Source of the DNA: Nitrospinota bacterium | GTDB taxonomy: Bacteria; UBA8248 | NCBI GenBank assembly: GCA_036231405.1 | Contig: JAZAHK010000021.1 | Coordinates: forward strand, 1-16,817 | Direction: 5' to 3' | DNA length: 16,817 bases | Part shown: one piece after another, positions 7,292-15,691 of the stretch | Layout: each line of letters begins with the position of its first letter | Numbering within the stretch: position 1 is the stretch's first letter | Made by a program: the position numbers and the translations under genes | Notes under the pieces: model-generated | The model's input: only the letters and a program-made list of their open reading frames with translations | Told to the model about the DNA's origin: nothing | Database searches by the model: none

Positions 7292-9985
7292 TTAGAGAGT
7301 TAGATTAGTTTGCTTGCCAACTATATGATGATCTCCAAGCTTTTCATAAGCACCGTGAGTTAAAGTAGCTTGAGCAGCAGCCAGTCTTGCGATCGGAGCC
7401 CTATATGGGGCACATGACACATAATCCATTTTTATGATATGACAAAATTCAACAGAACTTGGCTCCCCTCCGTGTTCTCCACAAATACCGACTTCGAGAT
7501 TTGGCCTGTTTTTCCTTCCGCGTTCAACACCTATTTTCACCATTTCTCCAACCCCGTCCCTGTCTATTGCTACGAATGGGTCATGTGCAATAAGACCTTT
7601 ATCTAAATACTCTGGAAGTATTTTCCCAGAATCATCTCTACTAAGACCGTATGTCAACTGTGTAAGATCATTCGTCCCGAAACTAAAAAATTGTGCTTCT
7701 TTGGATATCTCTTCAGCTAAAAGACATGTTCTCGGAATTTCAACCATTGTACCTACGAGATAATTAACTTGAATTTTTTGTTCTGCTATTACTTCTTTAG
7801 CAACTTCATGTGCAATATCATTATTGAACTCCCATTCTTTCACACCAGAAGTTAATGGAATCATTATTTCCGGGAACACATCTATTCCCTGTCTTTTCAT
7901 ATGGCAAGCTGCCTCTATAATAGCCCTAACTTGCATTTTTGAAATTTCAGGATATGTTACCGCTAACCTACAACCTCTATGTCCTAACATTGGGTTTTGT
8001 TCTTTATGATCTTCTGTGGATTTAGCTACCATAGACACTTCCTTAACTAAAATCTGTGCAGTCTCAGCTATATCTTTTTCCGTTTTAGGAAGAAATTCGT
8101 GTAGTGGAGGATCGAGCAATCTTATGGTTACCGGTCTATCCTTCATAATTTCAAAAATTTCTATAAAATCAGCCCTTTGTATAGGGAGAAGATAATCGAG
8201 CGCTTTTTTTCTTTCCTCAAGACCATTTGCCAAAATCATAGCCCTTATATAATTAATTCGATCCCCTTCGAAAAACATATGTTCAGTTCTACATAAGCCA
8301 ATACCTTCACAACCAAATTTTAATGCCGCTTTACTATCTTCTTTCGTATCTGCATTTGCCCTAACACCAAGAGTCCTCACATCGTCAGCCCAATGCATAA
8401 ATTGCACATAATCTTTATTATTTTCAAGATCTGGCATTTTTAGTTTTTTCTCACCAGAAATCACAAGACCATTGTTTCCATCCAATGAGATCCATTGGCC
8501 AGCAGAAAGTATTTTCCCATCTATTTCAATTACCTGTTCTTCTTCCTTAACATCTATAGACGCACATCCTGCAACACAACATTTCCCCATTTGCCTAGCG
8601 ACTACTGCTGCATGAGATGTCAAACCACCTCTTGCGGTAAGAATACCTTCTGAGACTTTCATCCCACCAATATCTTCAGGACTTGTTTCTTGTCTAACAA
8701 GAATAACCTTTTCTCCTAAAGCAGCCTGTGCTTCAGCGGACGCAGCCGTAAAAACAATCTTACCGACAGCACCACCTGGCGATGCTGCAAGTCCTGTTGC
8801 TAAAACATCCAATTCTTGATCAGGATCTATCATAGGAAAAAGCAATTGATCTAAAAGATTAGCATCTACTTTCAATAAAGCGCTTTCTTTATTTATAAGC
8901 CCTTCATTTACCATTTCTACGGCAATTCTTATAGCAGAAGTTCCTGTTCTCTTTGCATTCCTTGTCTGCAGCATAAAAAGTGCACCATTTTGAATCGTAA
9001 ATTCCATATCCTGCATATCTTGGTAATGCCTCTCAAGCTTTTCAGATATTTCAATAAAGCTTGCATAACAATCAGGCATTTTTTTATGAAGTACTGTAAT
9101 TTTTTCTGGTGTCCTTACTCCAGCTACGACATCTTCGCCTTGTGCGTTAAAAAGGACTTCCCCATATAGTTTTTTTTCTCCTGTCGATGGATTGCGCGAA
9201 AAAGCAACGCCAGTTCCACAATCATCTCCCATATTTCCAAAAACCATGCATTGCACATTTACAGCTGTGCCCCATTCATCTGGAATATTATAAATACGTC
9301 TATACGCAAATGCTCTTTCATTATTCCAAGATTTGAAAACTGCTTCTATTGCTAGTTTAAGTTGTTGTTCTGGATCATCTGGGAAAATTTTACCATAATT
9401 TTTTCTTACTATTTTTTTATACTGAACTATCAACTCAAAAAGATCATCCTCATTGAGATCTACGTCCTCATTAGCGCCTTTATTGTTTTTCATTTCTTCA
9501 AGTTTTTTTTCAAATTTAGATGATTGAATCCCAAGAACAACATTGCCAAACATCTGTATAAATCTTCTATAACTATCATAAGCGAAACGAGCATTGTTTG
9601 TTTGTTTTGCAACGGCTTGAACTGTTTGATCGTTCATTCCTAAGTTGAGGACCGTATCCATCATTCCGGGCATTGAAGTCCTTGCGCCAGAACGTACACT
9701 TAATAGCAGAGGTTTATCTCCTCCACCAAGTTTCATGTCCATTAATTTTTCTAAACGTTGGATGCCTGCAAGAATGTCTTTCCATAGAGATTCAGAAATC
9801 TCTTCTTTATTCAAATAATCTATACAAACCTCTGTGCTAATAGTAAAACCTGGTGGGACTGGAATGCCTAAATTTGACATCTCTGCCAAATTAGCCCCTT
9901 TCCCTCCAAGTAAATGGGTTAGAGATGAGTTCCCATCAGTTTGATCAGAACCAAATGCATAGAGTAATTTTTCAGTTTCTGGCAT
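7292..9985 (-). CDS. ppdK: Pyruvate, phosphate dikinase
   Basis: LLGGKGANLAEM, LLSVRSGA, MPGMMDTVLNLG, GGLTSHAAVVAR (phospho-His), GIGLCRTEHMF, FSFGTNDLTQ and GICGEHGG motifs. ATG 9985 preferred over GTG 9988 on spacing to the AAGGA SD (7 vs 4 nt). Confidence 0.98.
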   Translation of the reverse strand: MPETEKLLYAFGSDQTDGNSSLTHLLGGKGANLAEMSNLGIPVPPGFTISTEVCIDYLNKEEISESLWKDILAGIQRLEKLMDMKLGGGDKPLLLSVRSGARTSMPGMMDTVLNLGMNDQTVQAVAKQTNNARFAYDSYRRFIQMFGNVVLGIQSSKFEKKLEEMKNNKGANEDVDLNEDDLFELIVQYKKIVRKNYGKIFPDDPEQQLKLAIEAVFKSWNNERAFAYRRIYNIPDEWGTAVNVQCMVFGNMGDDCGTGVAFSRNPSTGEKKLYGEVLFNAQGEDVVAGVRTPEKITVLHKKMPDCYASFIEISEKLERHYQDMQDMEFTIQNGALFMLQTRNAKRTGTSAIRIAVEMVNEGLINKESALLKVDANLLDQLLFPMIDPDQELDVLATGLAASPGGAVGKIVFTAASAEAQAALGEKVILVRQETSPEDIGGMKVSEGILTARGGLTSHAAVVARQMGKCCVAGCASIDVKEEEQVIEIDGKILSAGQWISLDGNNGLVISGEKKLKMPDLENNKDYVQFMHWADDVRTLGVRANADTKEDSKAALKFGCEGIGLCRTEHMFFEGDRINYIRAMILANGLEERKKALDYLLPIQRADFIEIFEIMKDRPVTIRLLDPPLHEFLPKTEKDIAETAQILVKEVSMVAKSTEDHKEQNPMLGHRGCRLAVTYPEISKMQVRAIIEAACHMKRQGIDVFPEIMIPLTSGVKEWEFNNDIAHEVAKEVIAEQKIQVNYLVGTMVEIPRTCLLAEEISKEAQFFSFGTNDLTQLTYGLSRDDSGKILPEYLDKGLIAHDPFVAIDRDGVGEMVKIGVERGRKNRPNLEVGICGEHGGEPSSVEFCHIIKMDYVSCAPYRAPIARLAAAQATLTHGAYEKLGDHHIVGKQTNLTL

Positions 9986-10033
9986 CACAAGTTCCTTTAT
10001 CTATGGGCTGACTATCACGTATAGGACTCGTTT

Positions 10034-10061
10034 ATATTACTTAATTATTGATTTTTGTAAA
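10034..10061 (-). promoter_or_regulatory. Weak candidate internal promoter upstream of ppdK
   Basis: TTTACA (10061-10056), 16 nt, TAATAT (10039-10034) at the start of the largest gap in the minus-strand run. Could arise by chance in AT-rich DNA. Confidence 0.25.
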
Positions 10062-12263
10062 ATCACAAATCAAGGAAAAAAATCTTCTTATAACTCTTAA
10101 CATAACAATTCTGTTTTCCCTAATTGTCTTATCTTCTTCCATGATTAACACATTATCAAAAAAATTATCAATTGGAATTATGAGCGTGCACATGGTTTCA
10201 TATATTTTTTTAAATTCTTCTTTAATCTGAGGAACCGAACAAATCTTAGAAGATTGAAAGGCATCTAAGATAGAAATAGATTTTTGAATGGATACATCTA
10301 ATTCATTATACAAGGACCGTTCTTCTTCATTAACGAAAAGAGAACTATCTATTTTTTCAAATCCAAAATCATTACCCTCTATTTCTTTAGAAAGAAAGGC
10401 GTCTTTTTTTGTTATATTAAAAACTCTTTTATATATTGAAGCGCATCCATTAAAATCCTCTTCATCAACAATTTCTTGAACTAGTTTCAATTTTGCCAAA
10501 GCCTCTGTAGGTAATTGCCATGTTCGACCTTTTGACGCTACCAAAACAGATTCAATCAAATCAGATCTGTTTGAATTTTGCATCAAATAAGCATGGACTC
10601 TATTTTCAAAAAAATTATGTAATCTATCCAATATTTGATCTTTATCCTTACTAAAAATATCACCAAAAATGGCAAGGGATTTTTCTATCGTCTCAGACAA
10701 ATTTAATTTCATCCCAGTAGAAGAGAGAATTTTGAAAATACCACTTGTTGTTCTTCTCAAAGCATATGGATCTTCGGAACCTTTAGGGACATAATTCAAT
10801 CCAATTAACCCAATGACTGTATCAAATCTATCAGAAAGAGAGACTATAGAACCTTCTAAAGTAGAAGGTACAGGATCCCCCTCACGAACAGGGAGATAAT
10901 GCTCATATATAGCACTTGAAATTTTTTTATTTTTCCCTTGAATTTCTGCGAAATATTTTCCAATTACACCTTGGAGTTCAGGGAATTCATATACCATGCC
11001 ACTTGTAAGATCAGCTTTACATAAATTTGAAATCTCCATAACATTTTTGTGCATTTCTTTTTCTTGAGGATAAAATTCTTTGCAAATATTCGAACTTATT
11101 AGAGAAAATCGATGAACTTTCTCCATACTTGTCCCTAATTTTGGATGGTATATAACATCTTTTAATTTTTTCGACATATCCTCTAGTGATACAGTAAGAT
11201 CTTTTTCCCAATAAAATTCGGCATCTTCCAGTCTTGCCTGGACTACACGTTCATATCCATTTCTTATGACTCCCATGTCCTCTGTTTCAATATTACTTAC
11301 AGCAACAAACTTCGCTTTAATATTCCCAGTATTTTCATCCCTCAAAGCAAAAAAACGTTGATTACTTTCCAGAGTATTGACAATAACTTCTTCGGGTATT
11401 TCCAAGTACTTTTCATCAAAATTACATTGAATAATTTTTGGCCATTCAACTAAATTGGAAACCTTCTCTACTAAAAATTGAAAACCTTCATCATCCAACG
11501 CTGGAACAGTACCTAATTCAAGAGCAGCCTTTAAAACCTCTTCTTTTATAAATTGGAAACGACTTTCAGACTTCTCTTTAGCACTTATAATATTCACAAA
11601 ATTTTTGTTTAATTTCTCAATATAATCTTCAAAATTCTTGACTTCAATTGGTCCATTAGACAAAAACCTATGTCCATATGTAAAATTATTAAATTCAGGT
11701 AGAAGTGAAGCAATTTCTTTATGTTCTTTTAACTTCAATTCCAAAGGAATCACTTCCCCTCCATACAAAGCTAAAATCCAACGTATCGGCCTGACGAAGT
11801 AGAAATTTCCTTTCTGCCAACGCATCGATTTAGGTGATGACAAAGTTGAAATTATCGAAATTAAAGAAGAAGAAAGAACTTCGATTGTTTCACTGCTATC
11901 ATGTGAATGTTCCAGAAACAATCTTTCTCCCTTAGGAGTTTCTTTTTTTTTCAAATCAGATAACTCCATTTGATTCTTTTTCAAGAAGGAAAGAGTAGCT
12001 TTAGTAGGTTCTCCATCAACATCAAAACCTATCCTGGCAGGAGGTCCCAAAATTTCTTCCGTATATGGCTCCTGTGATTCGTCTATGTTTCTGACATGAG
12101 CAACCAGTCTTCTGGGAGTTCCACATACTATAACCTCTGAAAATCGAATACGAGATTCCGACAAAATATTTCTTGTGTTTATCTCTAATTGAGACAAAAG
12201 ATCAGAAAGATATGTAGAAGGAATTTCCTCTGTTCCGATTTCAAACAACAAATCTTTAGGCAA
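10041..12263 (-). CDS. glyS: Glycine--tRNA ligase beta subunit
   Basis: LLFEIGTEEIP, TPRRL, GPP, KSMRW, FVRPIRW, TYGHRF, LVEWP, GYERVVQARLEDAEFYW, KADL, MVYEFPELQG, EHYLP, GSEDPYALRR and FFDNVLIM..IRENR motifs. TTG start with AAGGAG SD. Confidence 0.98.
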   Translation of the reverse strand: MPKDLLFEIGTEEIPSTYLSDLLSQLEINTRNILSESRIRFSEVIVCGTPRRLVAHVRNIDESQEPYTEEILGPPARIGFDVDGEPTKATLSFLKKNQMELSDLKKKETPKGERLFLEHSHDSSETIEVLSSSLISIISTLSSPKSMRWQKGNFYFVRPIRWILALYGGEVIPLELKLKEHKEIASLLPEFNNFTYGHRFLSNGPIEVKNFEDYIEKLNKNFVNIISAKEKSESRFQFIKEEVLKAALELGTVPALDDEGFQFLVEKVSNLVEWPKIIQCNFDEKYLEIPEEVIVNTLESNQRFFALRDENTGNIKAKFVAVSNIETEDMGVIRNGYERVVQARLEDAEFYWEKDLTVSLEDMSKKLKDVIYHPKLGTSMEKVHRFSLISSNICKEFYPQEKEMHKNVMEISNLCKADLTSGMVYEFPELQGVIGKYFAEIQGKNKKISSAIYEHYLPVREGDPVPSTLEGSIVSLSDRFDTVIGLIGLNYVPKGSEDPYALRRTTSGIFKILSSTGMKLNLSETIEKSLAIFGDIFSKDKDQILDRLHNFFENRVHAYLMQNSNRSDLIESVLVASKGRTWQLPTEALAKLKLVQEIVDEEDFNGCASIYKRVFNITKKDAFLSKEIEGNDFGFEKIDSSLFVNEEERSLYNELDVSIQKSISILDAFQSSKICSVPQIKEEFKKIYETMCTLIIPIDNFFDNVLIMEEDKTIRENRIVMLRVIRRFFSLICDFTKINN

Positions 12264-12287
12264 ATTTAACTCCTTGTATCAAGAAAA

Positions 12288-13232
12288 TCACTGAAAAAGT
12301 TCTTCATTGTTTTTCTTGAATTTTTCAAGCTCTTTATTTCTTTTGTCGACATCAACAATAAGTGGAAACCCCATTTCAAACCTCGATTTTAAATATGACT
12401 CTGCACATGCTTTAGCCATTTTACGAATCCTCAATATATATCTTGCCCTTTCACTAACGCTGATAGCACCTCTAGCATCCAAAAGGTTAAAAAAGTGAGA
12501 ACACTTCAGAGTAAAATCATAAGCTGGGAAAGATAAATTTTTTTCAGTTAGCCTCAAACCTTCCACTTCACACATATTAAACATCTGCAACAACATCTCT
12601 ATATTAGCGTGATCGAAATTAAATTTACTAAACTCAATTTCTGTCTGCATATGAACATCTCTATAAGTAATTTTATCACCATTCTTATCTACCCAAATCA
12701 GATCAAAGACATTGTCCACTCCTTGCAAATACATTGCTATTCTTTCAATTCCGTAAGTAATCTCAGCAGATATATATTCTAGATCTAAACCACCAGCTTG
12801 CTGAAAATAAGTAAATTGAGTAACTTCCATGCCATCCAACCAGACTTCCCATCCCAAACCCCATGCCCCAAGATTAGGAGATTCCCAATCATCCTCTACA
12901 AAACGAATATCGTGTTGAGAAGTATCAATACCCAAGAACTCCAAACTGTTGAGATACAAATCCTGAACATCAGAGGGTGATGGTTTTAGTATTACTTGGT
13001 ATTGATAGTAATGTTGAAGCCTATTTGGATTTTCTCCGTACCTGCCATCAGTAGGTCTTCTGCTTGGTTCAACATATGCTACATCCCAAGGTTCTGGACC
13101 TAAAACTCTTAAGAAAGTAGCAGGATTCATCGTTCCTGCACCCACTTCTATATCGTAAGGCTGCTGGATCAAACAACCATGTTTTGACCAAAACTCTTCT
13201 AGCTTAAGAAAAATTTCCTGAAAAGTAATCAC
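12288..13232 (-). CDS. glyQ: Glycine--tRNA ligase alpha subunit
   Basis: [76 protein letters not shown] and [17 protein letters not shown] motifs. GTG start. Confidence 0.99.
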   Translation of the reverse strand: MITFQEIFLKLEEFWSKHGCLIQQPYDIEVGAGTMNPATFLRVLGPEPWDVAYVEPSRRPTDGRYGENPNRLQHYYQYQVILKPSPSDVQDLYLNSLEFLGIDTSQHDIRFVEDDWESPNLGAWGLGWEVWLDGMEVTQFTYFQQAGGLDLEYISAEITYGIERIAMYLQGVDNVFDLIWVDKNGDKITYRDVHMQTEIEFSKFNFDHANIEMLLQMFNMCEVEGLRLTEKNLSFPAYDFTLKCSHFFNLLDARGAISVSERARYILRIRKMAKACAESYLKSRFEMGFPLIVDVDKRNKELEKFKKNNEELFQ

Positions 13233-13235
13233 AGC

Positions 13236-14444
13236 CTACTCAATGAACTCTTGATGTAAAAGTTTGACAGCAGCATCAGAATGCTTTGAATCAATTATGA
13301 CTGAAATTGAGATCTCAGAAGTAGAGATCATTAGAATATTTATAGTAGATTCAGACAGAGCAGAAAAAACTCTCGCAGCAACACCTGTCTGACTTTTCAT
13401 TCCGATACCAACTACGGATACTTTAGCAATTTCATCATTTCTTATAATTTCAATATCTCCAAGAACGGACTTAAGATCTTGAATAATTCTTTCCGCATCT
13501 TTTGCAAAATCACGGTTAACCGTAATAGAAATATCAGCGTACCCGTTTTCTCCAACATTCTGAACTATCATATCTATCATGATGGAGTTCTCTGCTAATT
13601 TTCCAAACAATTTTGATGCTATTCCTGGTTTGTCTGGTACATTCAATACTGTCAACTTAGATTGTTTCTCGTCACAATTCACCCCACTAACAGCTGGAGC
13701 TTCTAAAAATTCATCTTCAGGTTTAATCAAAGTACCTTCTCCTTCTCCAAATGAAGATCTTACAACTAAAGGTAATTCATACTTGGCTGCCAAATCTACT
13801 GCTCTGGGCTGTAAAATTTTTGCTCCTAGAACAGCCATCTCCATCATTTCGTCGAATGAAATCTCTTTAAGACAAATAGATTTTTCGACAATTCTAGGAT
13901 CTGCAGTATAAACCCCATCTACATCAGTGTATATCTCACATAAATCTGCTTTTAAAGCTGAAGCTAATGCGACGGCTGTAAGATCCGACCCTCCTCGTCC
14001 TAAAGTTGTTTCTTCATTAAATTCATCTACACCTTGAAACCCAGCAGCCACAACAATTCTGCCCAGTTCTAATTCTTTTATTATCCTATCTGGTCTGATA
14101 GTCCTAACTCTAGCATGCAAATGTTCTCCATCGGTCATGATGCCAGCCTGACCTCCGGTTAAAGAAATTGAAGAAAACCCAAGGGAATTTATTGCAATGG
14201 ATAACAAAGAACTTGAAATTCTTTCACCACTAGTTAAGAGTAAATCCATTTCTCTTTTCTGAGGATTCTCACTTAAAGCACCAGCCATATCAATAAGACG
14301 ATCTGTTTCTCCGCCCATAGCGCTTACAACCACAACAATTTGATCCCATTTTTTCTTTTGAGAGACAACGCGCTTAGCTACTGCTTCAAGACGGTCAATA
14401 TCTCCAACCGATGTGCCTCCAAATTTTTGAACTACCAAACTCAT
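13236..14444 (-). CDS. lysC: Aspartate kinase (monofunctional, two C-terminal ACT domains)
   Basis: VQKFGGTSVG, VVVVSAMG, TLGRGGSDLTA, IYTDVDGVYTADPR, VPDKPGIA, KVSVVGIGM and MISTSEISIS motifs. Perfect AGGAGGT SD at 14455-14449. Confidence 0.98.
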   Translation of the reverse strand: MSLVVQKFGGTSVGDIDRLEAVAKRVVSQKKKWDQIVVVVSAMGGETDRLIDMAGALSENPQKREMDLLLTSGERISSSLLSIAINSLGFSSISLTGGQAGIMTDGEHLHARVRTIRPDRIIKELELGRIVVAAGFQGVDEFNEETTLGRGGSDLTAVALASALKADLCEIYTDVDGVYTADPRIVEKSICLKEISFDEMMEMAVLGAKILQPRAVDLAAKYELPLVVRSSFGEGEGTLIKPEDEFLEAPAVSGVNCDEKQSKLTVLNVPDKPGIASKLFGKLAENSIMIDMIVQNVGENGYADISITVNRDFAKDAERIIQDLKSVLGDIEIIRNDEIAKVSVVGIGMKSQTGVAARVFSALSESTINILMISTSEISISVIIDSKHSDAAVKLLHQEFIE

Positions 14445-14461
14445 TACGACCTCCTGAAAAG

Positions 14462-15691
14462 CTAACTTGCAAACACTTTCGAACGTAAAATAATAGGATT
14501 AACAGTTCTTCTTTGATTAAATTTCTTTTCAATAAATCTAGAACAGCTTGGTTCGGGTGGCGATATTGCATTAGAAATGAAACAAAGTAAATCAAAAATT
14601 GTGAATTTTCTACGAGGCAAATAAAATTTACCTTTCTCTATTTCAGTTAGAAGGAAAGAATATCCTTTTTTACCTAGAGAATTTTTATTATATGGATAAT
14701 TAAAAAGAAATAGAACTTTCGCACTTTCTTTGTTTAAGAGGTGTGTTAATTGCAGTATTTCATTATCTAATTTCTGTATTCTATCTACCTTCTCAAATGA
14801 ATCAAATTGGTATTTACTATACTCTTTATCTATAAAAACAAATTCGTTTTCTTCAAATACCTCTTTAGCTTTAAAATCCTTCCATGGGAAAAATTGCATC
14901 CCAGTCATTTTCGAAAATCCTTTTAAAATTAAATTAGAAGAAACAACACTAGCAGACTTAAACTCGACTATATTTTCATTTTCACTCTGGTCTTCAACAA
15001 ATGCACCTTCATAAAGCCATATACTATTTGGAAAAAAGAAATCACTCCCAGACTTTTCAGTTATTAAAGGATGTTTTGACAACAACATTTGAGATTCATT
15101 CATGATATACATAAATCTTTTAGATTGTTCCTTTATTTGAGGAGTACCGTCAATTTCTCTGCCAATGTTCTCGTATGGAGATTTAAATTGTTTAAAGGAA
15201 ACAGAATCTTTCTCTAATTTTTCTCTTCTATATATAAAAACTGAATCTCCTTCAGAATTTGTCTTCAAAAAAAAGTATTCGTCTCTTTTTTTAAAAAGAT
15301 TAGCATTCAAGAATTCTGTGAGTTCTTGCTTATCTTCAACAGAAAGACTTGACCCTGATGGGTCAACTATAGAAAGGCTCTTTGTTGTAGGTTTGAGCGT
15401 AACAAAATTATTTTTAAAAACGATATCATTTCTATTTAATTCACATTCTAATCCCTCAGCAAGTTGAACAGAGGAATGTTGAAAATTTTTATAGCCAAAC
15501 ATTAAGGACATCAAATGAGTGACTAAAAAAGAATCATCAATATTAGGAACTGAAAAAGAACCACTAAAAGAACGAGAATAAAGATGGTCTAGATGAGGAG
15601 TGCTAGCCACTTCTAGAGGTGTACGGTCTTCTAGAGAATCCTCACTTATATCGAATACTGATCCAAGATGAAAAACAATAACCTTCTTCAT
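14462..15691 (-). CDS. Degenerate ApgM-family protein (cofactor-independent phosphoglycerate mutase / proposed homoserine kinase-like), catalytic residues apparently lost
   Basis: 409 aa intact ORF. Scaffold motifs match ApgM in order: RTPLEVASTPHLD, FGY, DIVFKNNFVTL, SQMLLSKHP, PNSIWL, VVSSNLILKG, EFVFI, KVDRIQKLD. Located between hom and lysC. Metal-binding and nucleophile motifs are absent. Confidence 0.8.
   Translation of the reverse strand: MKKVIVFHLGSVFDISEDSLEDRTPLEVASTPHLDHLYSRSFSGSFSVPNIDDSFLVTHLMSLMFGYKNFQHSSVQLAEGLECELNRNDIVFKNNFVTLKPTTKSLSIVDPSGSSLSVEDKQELTEFLNANLFKKRDEYFFLKTNSEGDSVFIYRREKLEKDSVSFKQFKSPYENIGREIDGTPQIKEQSKRFMYIMNESQMLLSKHPLITEKSGSDFFFPNSIWLYEGAFVEDQSENENIVEFKSASVVSSNLILKGFSKMTGMQFFPWKDFKAKEVFEENEFVFIDKEYSKYQFDSFEKVDRIQKLDNEILQLTHLLNKESAKVLFLFNYPYNKNSLGKKGYSFLLTEIEKGKFYLPRRKFTIFDLLCFISNAISPPEPSCSRFIEKKFNQRRTVNPIILRSKVFAS

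Noticed and set aside
9989-10040. Small RNA or terminator in the glyS-ppdK gap
   Set aside because: Only a 4-bp stem (CTAT/ATAG) and no U-tract; too weak to call.
13233-13235. T-box riboswitch ahead of glyQS
   Set aside because: Only 3 bp separate lysC and glyQ; there is no room for a leader.
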